DNA of 64,000 bases from Dendrobates tinctorius (Eukaryota): positions 1,178,001-1,242,000 of the forward strand of contig NW_027361982.1 of the NCBI RefSeq assembly GCF_039654945.1, read 5' to 3'. A program made the position numbers and the translations under genes. The notes beneath the pieces are model-generated. The model made no database searches and had not been told where the DNA came from. It saw nothing but the letters and a program-made list of their open reading frames with translations. Below are positions 35,895 to 48,950 of the stretch, in pieces. How positions within the stretch are numbered: position 1 is the first letter of the stretch; the number at the start of each line of letters is the position of its first letter.

Positions 35895-37160
35895 AAGTGA
35901 TGGCTGCAAACAGAATCTTATCATGTATCTCTGTATACAGGAAGCTCCTCCTAGTAGTGACTGCAGACAGGATCTTATGTATTTCTGTATACAGGGAGCT
36001 CCCCCTAGTGGTGGCTGCAGACAGGATCTTGTCATGTACCTTTGTATACAGGGACCTACCCCTAGTGGTGACTGCAGACAGGATGTTATCATATATCTCT
36101 GTACACAGGGAGCACAGCACCCCCTAGTGGTGACTGCAGACAGGATCTTATCATGTATCTCTGTATACAGGAAGCTCCCCCTAGTGGTGTCTGCAGACAG
36201 GATCTTATGTATTTCTGTATACAGGGAGCTCCCCCTAGTGGTGGCTGCAGACAGGATCTTGTCATGTACCTTTGTATACAGGGACCTACCCCAAGTGGTG
36301 ACTGCAGACAGAATCTTATCATATATCTCTGTACACAGGGAGCACAGCACCCCCTAGTGGTGACTGCAGACAGGATCTTATCATGTATCTCTGTATACAG
36401 GAAGCTCCCCCTAGTGGTGTCTGCAGACAGGATCTTATGTATTTCTGTATACAGGGAGCTCCCCCTAGTGGTGGCTGCAGACAGGATCTTGTCATGTACC
36501 TTTGTATACAAGGACCTACCCCTAGTGGTGACTGCAGACAGGATGTTATCATGTATCTCTGTATACAGGGAGCTACCCCTAGTGGTGACTGCAGACAGGA
36601 TGTTATCATGTATCTCTGTATACACGGAGCACCCCCTAGTGTTGACTGCAGACAGGATCTTATCATATATCTCTGTATAGAGGGAGCTCCCCTAGTGGTG
36701 TCTGCAGACAGGATCTTATCATATATCTCTGTATACAGGGAGCTCCCCCTAGTGGTGGCTGCAGATGAGATCTTATCATATATCTCTGTATACAGGGAAC
36801 TGAGCTCCCCCTATTGGTGGCTCCAGACAGGATCTTGTCATGTACCTCTGTATACAGGGAGCTCCCCCTAGTGGTGACTGCAGACAGAATCTTATCATGT
36901 ATCTCTGTATACAGGGACCTCCCCCTAGTGGTGGCTGCAGACAGGATCTTATGTATACATGAAGCTCCCCCTAGTGATGGCTGAAGACAGAATCTTATCA
37001 TGTATCTGTGTACACAGGGAGCACCCCCTAGTGGTGACTGCAGACAGAATCTTATGTATCTCTGTATACAGGGAGCTCCCCCCCTAGTGGTGGCTGCAGA
37101 CAGGATCTTATCATATATCTTTGTATACAGGGAGCTCCCCCTAGTGATGGCTGCAGACAT
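35895..37160. repeat. ~57-bp minisatellite (~22 units, 230-bp higher-order unit) carrying CTCF-like CCACTAGGGGGAGC on the minus strand
   Basis: gggagctccccctagtggtgactgcagacaggatcttatcatgtatctctgtataca repeated. Confidence 0.92.
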
Positions 37161-37172
37161 ACCTCCCTGTAA

Positions 37173-37506
37173 AGGCCCTTTTACATTTAGCGATGCACCA
37201 TGGTGCATTGCTAAATGATCGCTAGTGAGCTGTCACACAGGCAGACCTCACAGCGATGCAGCAGCGACGCAGCGCACGATACTCACCTTTCACACACAGC
37301 GATCCTGACGTCCTCCCGCCCGCCTCCACGCGTCGCTCGTCGTCACAGCAGGAAGCGGACGACGAGAAATGGAGCCGGACATTCTCGCGCGATCAGCGAT
37401 GGACAGCAGGGGAGCCGGTCAGAGGTAAGTATCACACATAGCCATATCGCTATAACGTCACAAAATCGGTGACGTTATAGCGATATCGCTATATGTAAAA
37501 CCCCCT
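37173..37506. mobile_element. Second copy of the Harbinger-like MITE
   Basis: Same termini and internal sequence as 35518-35879. Confidence 0.75.
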
Positions 37507-37909
37507 TTAGTCTCGATATTACATTCCATTTGTGACTGTTTTTTTTAGCCCTTATAAATCTAAGAATTATTAGCTATGAACAGAATACATTCTTATAAAC
37601 ATACTGACACAAACAGGTTTGGTCTATCGCTGTGACTATTAGCATTTTTTTCTTAACCACTAATGACATTCTTCCCTGTAGACAGACCCACTCTCCAGAA
37701 ACACAGCGAGTTAAAATTTCATATCTGCAGATTCTGTTTATTACAAAAACAAATAAAAATCAAGAGAAATACAGGCTCCCAAAATGTCTGAAACAAAAAA
37801 AAATGTAAAAGACCCTAATAATGTGAGAGTCCTCAGCGTTTCCAGCTTTTGGGCATGGGCTAACATAGACAAAGTGAGAGGGGTTGGGGCAATGCTGGTG
37901 GTGACGCCA

Positions 37910-38084
37910 TCATTTTCCAGCTAGCAGCGGGTTCCTGAGCACAACTATGACGCTGTCTCCTCTCAGAAACATCTTGGAGATGTATCTGTCCTTGTTGACT
38001 GGCTTGGATTTCTTCTTTCCCTTGCCACTCTTGGGGACCTCGGTCCACATTTCCTTAACATTTTCTAGGACCATGTTACAGTGC
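37910..38084 (-). CDS. SNRPD2: SNRPD2 exon 3 (coding part)
   Basis: [15 protein letters not shown]...NPLLAGK*; AATAAA at 37737-37742 (-). Confidence 0.97.
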
Positions 38085-39428
38085 CTGCATGGGAAAATGA
38101 AGGACAGCGTAAGAAGCTGATACTGTGGGGTGATCACTACCCATTGGAGCCTGGCGGCACTCACCTGTCAAATGCTTTCACCCTCCCCAGCAGCTTCTTG
38201 TTGTTTCTGCAGTTGATAAGCACCTGGGTGTTGTTCTTCACAGACTGTGTGAGCACCGACAGGGGCCCCGTGTTAAACTCCTCCTCCTCCCGCTTCTGCA
38301 GCTCTTCTGGGGTCATCTCACTCTTCGGCTTGTTTAGGAGACTCCTGAAGGTAACAGAAAGTGAAGGAAGGTAAAATACATGTGGAATACATAGAACGAC
38401 CAGAAGTGGATATTACAGAATATATTGGGTACTAGGCATGATATATCACACCTTGTACATTACCTGGAGGTAATCAACTAATCGTATCCCCCTCATACAC
38501 GGCATCCTCAAGATTATATGGGGGTCTCATACACAATATACATCCTGGAAATTATACAGGGGTCTGACACACGATATATGACACCCCTACATTATATGGA
38601 TGTCTCATACACGATATATGAGGTCCTCTATATTATACCGGGGGGTGTTCAAACACAATATGTGACATCCTCTACATTATACGGGGTCTCATACACAATA
38701 TATAACACCTATACATTATACGGGGTCTCATACACAATATGTGACATCCTCTACATTATACGGGGTTTCATACACAATATATAACACCTATACGGGGTCT
38801 CATACACGATATATGACACCTATACATTATACGGGTCTCATACACAATATGTGACATTCTCTACATTATACGGGGTCTCATACACAATATGTGACATTCT
38901 CTACATTATACAGGGTCTCATACACGATATATGACACCTATACATTATACGGGGTCTCATACACAATATGTGACATCCTCTACATTATACGGGGTTTCAT
39001 ACACAATATATAACACCTATACGGGGTCTCATACACGATATATGACACCTATACATTATACGGGTCTCATACACAATGTGACATTCTCTACATTATACGG
39101 GGTCTCATACACAATATGTGACATTCTCTACATTATACAGGGTCTTACACGATATATGACACCTATACATTATACGGGGTCTCATACACAATATGTGACA
39201 TTCTCTACATTATACAGCATCTCACACACGACACCTATACATTACATGGGGGGTCTCATACACGATACATGACACCTATACATTATACGGAGGCCCCATG
39301 CATGATATGACATCCTCAACATTACTGAAATCCTCTAGACTATACGGGGTCTCACACACAATATATGACACCTCTACGTTATACGGGGTCTCATACAGCG
39401 CTATATCAACTGCACGGGTCACTCACAT
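37910..39428 (-). CDS. SNRPD2: Small nuclear ribonucleoprotein Sm D2, 118 aa; join 39427-39428, 38165-38344, 37910-38084
   Basis: [118 protein letters not shown]; GT-AG introns; 357 nt. Confidence 0.98.
38165..38344 (-). CDS. SNRPD2: SNRPD2 exon 2
   Basis: 180 nt; acceptor cttcag, donor GTGAGT. Confidence 0.97.
38520..39395. repeat. ~38-bp minisatellite in SNRPD2 intron 1
   Basis: (ctacattatacggggtctcatacacaatatgtgacatc)n. Confidence 0.9.
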
Positions 39429-39429
39429 C

Positions 39430-39650
39430 TTTCTCTCTTCACGTTGTTCCGGCGAATCTCGCTATCCGGCAGAATGACTTCCGCTTCCGGGAGTCGCGGG
39501 GTCAGAGGAGACACTTCCGCTCACTGTTGTCATAGTGACGGTTCACTATAGGATTATACACACTAAAGAATGGCGCTTCCCGCCAACGCTGAGACAGACG
39601 CAAAAACTAATGCGTCTGCTACCCGGAGACACCGGAGGAAAAGCGGGACA
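39430..39650 (-). promoter_or_regulatory. SNRPD2 5'UTR and promoter with ETS/GABP-type CGGAAG motifs
   Basis: acttccgcttccggg at about 39477-39491 and acttccgc at about 39513; CpG-rich; immediately upstream of the AT|gtgagt exon end. Confidence 0.65.
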
Positions 39651-40776
39651 TACATGGAAATATAGGGGCCACATACAGGAGAAGTGCAGATATGGGGGCA
39701 GTATAGATGTATATAGCGGAGATGTGCAGATATCAGGGCAGTATCGTTGTATATAGAGGATATGTGCAGATATGGTGGCAGTATAGATGTATGTATAGGA
39801 GATGTGCAGATACCGGGCAGTGTAGATGTATATAGAGGAGGTTGCAGAAATCAGAGCAGTATCGTATATAGAGGAGATGTGCAGATATCGGGGGAGTGTA
39901 GATATATATAGAGGAGATGTTCAGATATCGAGGCAGTGTAGATATATATAGAGGAGATGTGCAGATATCGGGGCAGTGTAGATATATATAGAGGAGATGT
40001 GCAGATATCGGGGGAGTGTAGATATATATAGAGGAGATGTTCAGATATCGAGGCAGTGTAGATATATATAGAGGAGATGTGCAGATATCGGGGCAGTGTA
40101 GATATATATACTGTAGAGGAGATGTTCAGATATCGAGGCAGTGTAGATGTGTATATATATATAGAGGAGATGTGCAGATATCGGGGCAGTGTAGATATAT
40201 ATAGAGGAGATGTTCAGATATCGAGGCAGTGTAGATGTGTATATATAGAGGAGATGTGCAGATATGGTGGCAGTATAGATGTATGTATAGGAGATGTGCA
40301 GATACCGGGCAGTGTAGATGTATATAGAGGAGGTTGCAGAAATCAGAGCAGTATCGTATATAGAGGAGATGTGCAGATATCGGGGCAGTGTAGATATATA
40401 TAGAGGAGATGTTCAGATATCGAGGCAGTGTAGATATATATAGAGGAGATGTGCAGATATCGGGGCAGTGTAGATATATATACTGTAGAGGAGATGTTCA
40501 GATATCGAGGCAGTGTAGATGTGTATATATATATAGAGGAGATGTGCAGATATCGGGGCAGTGTAGATATATATAGAGGAGATGTTCAGATATCGAGGCA
40601 GTGTAGATGTGTATATATAGAGGAGATGTGCAGATATTGTCGCAGTATAGATGTATATAGAGGAGATGTATAGCTATCAGGGCAATCTAGATGTATATAT
40701 TGGAGGATGTACAGATTTCAGGGTCAGTATAGATGTATATAGAGGAGTTTTGCAGCTATGGGGACAGTAGGTGTAT

Positions 40777-41624
40777 ATAATAATAATAAATGTTATTTCT
40801 ATAGCGCCGACATATTCCGCAGCACTTTACATTTCGGAGGGGATTTGTACAGACAATAGACATTACAGCATAACAATAATCACATAGATTATAACAGATA
40901 CCAAGAGGAATGAGGGCCCTGCTCACAAGCTTACAGTCTAAGAGAAAAAGGGGAGACACGAAAGGTGGGTGGTAATAGTTGCCCTGATTGTATGGACCAG
41001 CCATAATGTTAAGTGTGTAACAGTATAGACACAGAGGGCTAATGGATGCATAAAGCATGTGGGAACATGATGCGGGGAACCTGGTTATGGTAAAACTTTT
41101 GGCTGTGCCACATAGGGATAGATTAGGTTAATGTGTTGAGGCGATAGGCCAGTCTGAATAAATGCGTTTTCAGGGCACGCTTAAAATTGTGGGGATTGGG
41201 GACTAATCGTATTGACCTGGGAAGTGCATTCCAAAGAATTGGCGCAGCACGTGTCTAGTCTTGAAGACGGGAGTGGGAGGTTCTGATTATTGAGGATGCT
41301 AACCTCAGGTCATCAGAACGGAGGGCGCAGGTAGGGTGGTACACTGAAACAAGGGAGGAGATGTAGGGTGGTGCTGAGCCATGGAGGGCTTTGTGGGTGA
41401 GGGTAATAAGTTTATACTGAATTCTGGAGTGGATGGGTAGCCAGTGTAATGACTGGCACAAGGTAGAGGCATCGGTGTAACGATTGGTGAGGAATATGAT
41501 CCTGGCTGCAGCATTCAGGATGGATTGGATGGGGGAAAGTTTGGTAAGAGGGAGACCGATTAGAAGGGAGTTACAATAGTCGAGACGAGAATGAATAAGA
41601 GAAACAGTCAGAGTTTTTGCAGAG
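40777..41624 (-). mobile_element. L2-type LINE 3' fragment
   Basis: CQSLHWLPIHSRIQYKLITLTHKALHGSAPPY motif; same family as 4928-5513. Confidence 0.9.
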
Positions 41625-42080
41625 GAAATGTGCAGATATCGTGGCAGTATAGGTGTATATGGAGGAGGACTGCAGATATTGGGGCAGTGTAGATGTATAT
41701 AGAGGAGATTTGCAGATATTGGGGCTGTATAGATGCATATATTGGAGGATGTACAGATTTCGTGGAGCAGTATAGATGTATATAGAGGAAGATGTACAGA
41801 TTTCGGGGAGCAGTATAGATGTATATAGAGGAAGATGTACAGATTTCAGGGAGCAGTATAGATGTATATAGAGAAAGATGTACAGATTTCGGGGAGCAGT
41901 ATAGATGTATATAGAGGAAGATGTACAGATTTCGGGGAGCAGTATAGATGTATATAGAGGAAGATGTACAGATTTCGGGGAGCAGTATAGATGTATATAG
42001 AGGAAGATGTACAGATTTCGGGGAGCAGTATAGATGTATATAGAGGAAGATGTACAGATTTCAGGGGCAGTATAGATCTA

Positions 42081-42869
42081 CAGTACAGACCAAAAGTTTG
42101 AACACACCTCATTCAAAGAGTTTTCTTTATTATCTCTTGAAGCTCATCAAGAGAATACCAAGAGTGTGTAAAGCAGTAGTCAAAGCAAAAGGTGGCTACT
42201 TTGAAGAACCTAGAATATAAGACATATTTTCAGTTGTTTCACACTTTTTTGTTAATTATATAATTCCACATGTGTTAGGCTGGTTTCACATTAGCGCTTT
42301 TTAAGCGCACGCACGGCCGGGGGTAGCTCCGCCCCCGAGCCGGCTCTCTGCCCGGCGTGCCCGCCCCTTGCTTGTAGCGCCGCCTCCTAGCGCACAGCGG
42401 CGCCTGCGATCGGCGCACCCTATCTTTAGAATAGGGTGCGCAGGCCGTGCGCTAGTTGCGCTTTGACCTGCGCTGCGCACTTTTGACGGTGCGCCGTGTG
42501 CGCCAAAATCAAACTTTTTGGATTTTGGCGCGCACGGCGCACCGTCAAAAGTGCGCAGCGCAGGTCAAAGCGCAACTAGCGCACGGCCTGCGCACGATCT
42601 GCGCACCCTATGCTAAAGATAGGGTGCGCCGATCGCAGGCGCCGCTGTGCGCTAGGAGGCGGCGCTACAAGCAAGGGGCGGGCACGCCGGGCAGAGAGCC
42701 GGCTCGGGGGCGGAGCTACCCCCGGCCGTGCGTGCGCTTAAAAAGCGCTAATGTGAAACCAGTCTTAATTCATTGTTTTGATGCCTTCAGAGTGAATCTA
42801 CAATTTTCATAGTCATGAAAATAAAGAAAACTCTTTGAGAAGGTGTGTCCAAACTTTTGGTCTGTACTG
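42081..42869. mobile_element. Tc1-derived MITE
   Basis: TIR cagtacagaccaaaagtttg / caaacttttggtctgtactg; remnant ELIKRIPRVCKAVVKAKGGYFEE. Confidence 0.85.
42278..42764. mobile_element. GC-rich near-perfect palindromic MITE, TTA TSD (PIF/Harbinger-like)
   Basis: TTA at 42275-42277 and 42765-42767; arms reverse-complementary around a loop at about 42511-42520. Confidence 0.88.
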
Positions 42870-43159
42870 TGTATAGAGGAAGATGTACAGATTTGGGGGG
42901 CAGTATATATAGGACGATGTTCACTCTGTGGCTGTTACCCTGGCACTTTCTTCGCTCATCGTGTTTCCATCTTCTTTCTGGGTCGCTCTGGAGTGTCACC
43001 AGCTCAGCCATGAAGAGATTTTCTTTCTTCAAAGACCAGGTGCATACTAGAAGCAGGTAACATCCGCCTGCAGCAAAACTCTTCAGCCAGAGCTTCATGG
43101 ATTATTGCTCTCATGTACTACTACAACTGTATTATTCCCTAGTATAACGTGCAAAAAAT

Positions 43160-43783
43160 CAGGGCTGTGGAGTCGGTAAGCCAAACCTGCGACTCCGACT
43201 CCTCAATTTCCCTTACACCGACTCCGACTCCACGACTCCGACTCCCACATATATTGCTTATATTTAAGTGAAAAATGTATTGTAGTACAATGTGAACCTC
43301 AGACATTTAATCATTTTTATGATCCAATAATCAAGATATTTAGAACAGAATATATATTGGTGTACTACCCGGTTTTCATTCTTTTTGGTACAGATACGAT
43401 ATGGATAGACAGATATGGATAGAGCAGATTTCTAATCTGCTTTTGCTATTGAAAACATTATCTATGAGCTCAAAAACCTTTCAGGTGATGCAGTTTTTTT
43501 AAAAGATGATCAGCTTTTGCAGCTGAAAAACGTATCCTCAAAAAACGCAGGAAAAACGCTGTGTGTGAATGTAGCCTTAGATCAGGAATATAACAGCCAT
43601 TTATAGGACATTTCATAACTTTCCCAAACTCCTATGAAAAAATATTCAGCACATCCTGCATTGAATTACTGTACCCAATTTATTATATATTTTAGGAGTC
43701 TGAGTCGGTCCATTTTATACCGACTCCAACTCCGACTCCACCAAAATGAGCACCGACTCCACGACTCCGACTCCACAGCCCTG
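43160..43783. mobile_element. hAT MITE, internal-deletion derivative of the element at 45641-48189
   Basis: TIR cagggctgtggagtcgg; 8-bp TSD CAAAAAAT (43152-43159, 43784-43791). Confidence 0.92.
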
Positions 43784-44059
43784 CAAAAAATGCATGTACT
43801 CCCTCACCTGATCCCCAGGGCAGCGCTTCCTAGGGGAGCAGTAAGACAGAGGGGGACGTGCAAGCGTTAACTTCTGATTCTGTTTTTCCCTTATGCATTT
43901 GTTACTGAAATCTGCTGCGTTTTACAGTCCCAGCAAAGTAAATGTGATTTCTGAAGTCTCCTGCAGACGTTGCTTTTTTTTTTTCAGATCTGCAGCGTGT
44001 GAATTCTTGCAGCACATCTCATCCCCTGGGAAGGGGAAAAGCATGCATACCGAATACAT

Positions 44060-44275
44060 GTCTCTGAACAGTACTGTAGAACAATGTATCACAACTCCAG
44101 AGTCTGATTGATCTTTCTGAAGGTCTTTTGCAGTCAACCGGCAGTTCTGATTTGCCTCTGTAGCAATCCTACAAGCAGCTCTCATTGAAATTTTCCATGG
44201 TCTTCCAGACCTTTTCTTGACCTCCACTCTTCCTGGTAACTGTTATTTCTTAATTACATTTTGAACTAAGGAAAG
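44060..44275 (-). mobile_element. Tc1 transposase N-terminal remnant
   Basis: KKRSGRPWKIS...LTAKDLQKD...HCSTV. Confidence 0.7.
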
Positions 44276-45449
44276 GACTGTTCGCGGCTGGGTGTCAGCT
44301 GATTATCACAGCTGACACTCGGCACTATGTGTCAGGGGCGGTCTCGGACCGCTCCTGGCACATTAACCCCTGGCACACTGTGATCAAACATGGTCGCAGT
44401 GTACCAGGGGATTAGGGAAGCATCGGTAGGGAGGGGCTCCCTCCATGCTTCCCTGAGACCCCCAGCACAGCGCGATGTGCTGCGCTGCTCTGAGGGCCTC
44501 CTTCCCTGCAGGTCCCCGGATCCAAGATGGCGGCGGGGGCCTGCAGGGAGGTGGCTTCCTCAGTGCCTGCAGCAGCGCCTGTCAGATCGCTGATCTGACA
44601 CAGCGCTGTGCAAAGTGTCAGATCAGCGATCTGATACCTTATAGTGATGTCCCCCATAGGACAATGTAATAAAGTAAAAAAAAAAAAAAAAGTGTAAAAA
44701 TAATTTATAAACAATCGCTAAATAAATTAAAAAAATAAAAATATTCCCTAATACATTCATTTTTTGGAAATAAAAAAACCAAAACAATAAAAGTACACAT
44801 ATTTAGTATTGCTGCGTCCATAACGACCCGACCTATAAAACTGTCCCACTAGTTAACCCCTTTAGTGAACCCCTTAAAAAATAAAAATAAAAAACAAGGC
44901 AAAAAAACAATGCTTTATTATCATACCGCCGAACAAAAAGTGAAATAACGCGCAATCAAAAAGACGAATATAAATAACCATGGTGCCCCTGAAAACGTCA
45001 TGTTGTCCCGCAAAAAACGAGCCACCACACAGCATCATCAGCGAAAAAATAAAAAAGTTATAGCTCGCAGAATAAAGCGATGCAAAAATAATTTTTTTTA
45101 TATAAAATAGTTTTCATTGCATAAAACCGACAAAACATAAAAAAATGACACAAATGAGGTATCGCTGTAACCGTACTGACCCGAAGAATAAAAGCGCTTT
45201 ATCAATTTTACCGCACGCGGAACGGTGTAAACGCACCACCCCAAAAGAAATTCATGAAACGCTGGCTTATGTTCATTCTGCGTCCCAAAAATCGGAATAA
45301 AAAGCGATCAAAAAATGTCACGTGCCCGAACATGATACCAATAAAAACGTCAACTCGTCCCACAAAAATTAAGACCTCACATGACTCGGCGGGTCAAAAT
45401 ATGGAAAAATTATAGCTCTCAAAATGTGGTGATGCAAAAACTATTTTAA

Positions 45450-45924
45450 GGCTGTGTGCCCACGTTGCGTTTTTTAAGCGTTTTTGCCAGAATTTTCAGC
45501 GCGAAAACGCTTAAACTCATACTGAACGCACCCCATGCATTCCTATGGCATTCCACACATGCGGTGCTAATGATACGTTTTTTCCGCGGCGGAATCGCAT
45601 TGCGGAAAAAACGCAGCATGCTCATTCTTTTTGCGGAATCCAGGGCTGTGGAGTCGGTAAGCCAAACCTGCGACTCCGACTCCTCAATTTCCCTTACACC
45701 AACTCCGACTCCACGACTCCGACTCCCACACATATTGCTTATATTTAAGTGAAAAATTTATTCTAGTACAATGTGAACATCAGACATTAAATCATTTTTA
45801 TGATGCAATAATCAAGATATTTAGATAGAACATAATATTTATTGGAATACAACTTTAGAACACAAAAAACTGTAATAAATTGTAAACATGTAATACACTA
45901 TGTAATATCGATTACATATATATA

Positions 45925-45975
<51 letters not shown>

Positions 45976-48950
45976 TATGTAATAAACTATGTAAGTGGCA
46001 AAAAACAGTTTTCAACAAAAACATATTAAATAACATTTGTGCAGTCTATAAATTTTTTCTAAGAAATAAAATTGCCTCCATCAGATCCTCCTTCATAGAT
46101 GACCTCAAATCTGACCTAATAATTTTAAGGCTAGAGAACAACCTCTCTACAGTAACTTGGGTTGGAGGCAAAGCCATAACCTCATGGGCAACATCTCTAA
46201 CAATTTCCGGTTATAAAGGAATTGCCTCATGTCAGTTTTGATGAACAGTTGAATTTTTCTATTTCTTTGAGAACAAGTGAAACATTTTGCTGAAATATGG
46301 TCAATCTGCTTGCTCTAGGAGACAGAGTGAAATCTTTTTCCTTGCAGCAACGCTTTGCCTGCTCCATGTCATACAAATACTTGTCAAAGTCAAACTCCTC
46401 ATCTGATGAGGATGAAGATATGGCAGCAGTAGCACTGTCAGGACCCGAGTCCTCTTGCGCCTGTCAGTCCTCCTGTTGGCCACTCTTCCTAACTGCTACC
46501 TAAGTCAGAGCTTCTTTTCCTTTAGTAAGCTGTTGATCATCAAGCAATATACAGTGACTTAGGTCCACATAAACAGCTGCCAGAAAAATTTTATTTTCCA
46601 ATAGCTGTGTCTATCTCTGTTTCATTGAAGCAGAAATGCCATCTGCGATTAAACAGCAAAATAGCAAGTTCTTCCGCTCCCTCATGAAAATGCCAGGAGT
46701 TAAATCCTCAGCTTGTAATTTTTTAGTCACAGTAAATGGGTGATTAAGCAATTCCTTCAATTCAGCCACCTGTGTCCATTGACCTTCATTTAGGGTTACC
46801 TGAGGGTTCGTCATATCTATAAGAAACGGTTTTAGTTGATCAACAATTGCCCTTTTCCAGCACGTCTCTTCAAGATGGAATCAATTTTAGGGGTTCTGGC
46901 GGCAATAACCAATTTCCTCACTTTTCCAGTCAGATTTCCAGCATGTCCCTCTTGCAGACTCTCTCTTATTGCCAGCTGCAGCGTGCGCACAACACAGCGC
47001 ATGTGATGAATAGGAAAGTGTTTTGAAGCAGCTTCAACACGATCATCTTTTTCTACAGTATAATTTTGCTGTTCTTCTGTAGTAATATCTGTTTGTTCCT
47101 CAGTTACAGGAACAGCACTGTGGCCTTCCATCTCAAACATACTGAATCCTAAATGTTCCTCTAGCTGTTGTTCATTTCTCTCATTCATCAGTGTAATTGT
47201 ACTTATGTTTGAAGCATTGTCCGTTACAATAGCAAGAACCTGTTCTTTTTTGAGTTCGTAATCTTGCAGAACTTTTTCCACTAAGGCCTGGAGAAACTGG
47301 CTGCTGTGATGAGCTTTAGTATCTTTTACTGCCAGCGTGTTGGTAACAGTTGTCACAAACATATCGAACATTGATGGCAAAATAGTTCACTCTGTGACGT
47401 GTGCAGGCATCCATTGTAAGAAACATGAAGCGTCTTTTGAGAGTCTTTTTAAGATCTTCCTTTTAGTTAAGGGTTTCTTCAGTCACTAATTTTCTAATAC
47501 TTTCTCTTTCCAGAGAAACACCAAGTTTGCGGGCCATTTCTCCATTAAGAGCTGTAAAAGCTGGTCGTGCAAATAATGTTAATGGTACACCGTCCTTCAC
47601 AACAAGCTGTATGAGCTGTCTGTCAGACATATCTGCTGTCATTGTTACAGTAACTTTGTCACTTACAAAATATCTTGATAATGATGTTTGAGACGCTCTT
47701 TCCTCCTCCTTTGCCTGGCAGGAAGTGTTAGTCTGTGTGCTACCCAGCTTTCATTCTTTTTGGTACAGATAAGATATGGAGACGGATATTGATAAATTGA
47801 TAGATAGAGCAGATTTCTAATCTGCTTTTGATATTGAAAACATTATCTATGAGCTCAAAAACCTTTCAGGTGATGCGGTTTTTTAAAAATCTGATCGGCT
47901 TTTGCAGCTGAAAAACATATCCACAAAAAACGCAGCAAAAACGCTGCGTGTGAATGTAGCCTTAGATCAGGAATAGAACAGCCATTTATAGGACGTTTCA
48001 TAACTTTCCCAAATTCCTATGAAAAAATATTCAGCACATTCTGCATTGAACTACTGTACCCAATTTATTATATATTTTAGGAGTCGGAGTCGGTCCATTT
48101 TATACCGACTCCAACTCCACCAAAATGAGCACCGACTCCACAACTCCGACTCCACCAAAATGAGCACCGACTCCGACTCCACAGCCCTGGCGGAATCGCT
48201 GCGATTCTGCAAAGAATTGCCGCGATTCCGCACCCATAGGAATGCATGAGATCCGCTTACTTCCCACATGTGGCTATGCCCACCATGCGCAAAGTGAGCG
48301 ACTCATGTGCGGATGGTACCCACGGCCTAGAGGAGAGGAAACTGTCCTCCAGGCCCTGGGTACCATATCCCTGTAAAAAAAAGAATTAAAAATAAAAAAT
48401 CGGGTTATATTCACCTTCCGGCGTCCCGCGCTGCCTTCCCGGGCCTCAGCGATGCTCCCGTTCCCAGTAATGCCTTGCGAGTCCTTTCATGATGTCACGG
48501 TCCCGCGATATTGTAGCGGTCCCTATTCCTCGCGAGACCGCTACAGTATCGTGAGACCTCATGTCATCAATGGTCTCGCAAGGCATTACTGGGAACGGGA
48601 GCATCGCTGAGGCCCGGGAACGCTGTGCGGGACGTCGGAAGGTGAGAATATCACGATTTTTTATTTTTTTTAGTATTTTTAACATTCTATCTTTTACTAC
48701 TGATGCCGCATAGGCAGCCTCTATAGTAAAAAGTTGGTCACACTTGTCCAACACTATGTTTGACGAGTGTGACCAACCTGTCAATCACATTCCAAGCGAT
48801 GCTTCAAATCGCTTGGAAATTGCTTTAATTCCACACGTGAAAATCGCGGGAAAAGCGCAATAATAACCGCAAAAAAAATTGCGCAAAAAACGCGCGTTTT
48901 CTGGGAAGGAGTCCGGTTTCAGGTTTTAAAGGCTACGTGGGTACATAGCC
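45450..48950. mobile_element. Harbinger-like non-autonomous element nested in the piggyBac-like copy
   Basis: TIR ggctgtgtgcccacgt / acgtgggtacatagcc; TAA/TTA flanks; the empty site is seen in copy 1 near 9081. Confidence 0.72.
45641..48189 (-). mobile_element. hAT transposon with decayed transposase (about 46050-47690)
   Basis: 8-bp TSD GCGGAATC; TIR cagggctgtggagtcgg; IVTDNASN, HMRCVV.TLQL and the LPPTQVTVERLFSSLK dimerisation motif; multiple stops and frameshifts. Confidence 0.93.

Larger units (their letters stand above)
39680..42910. repeat. ~40-bp minisatellite (gaggagatgtgcagatatcggggcagtgtagatatatata) upstream of SNRPD2, interrupted by L2 and Tc1 MITE
   Basis: Tandem units; 372-bp higher-order duplication (40077 vs 40449). 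Confidence 0.9.
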
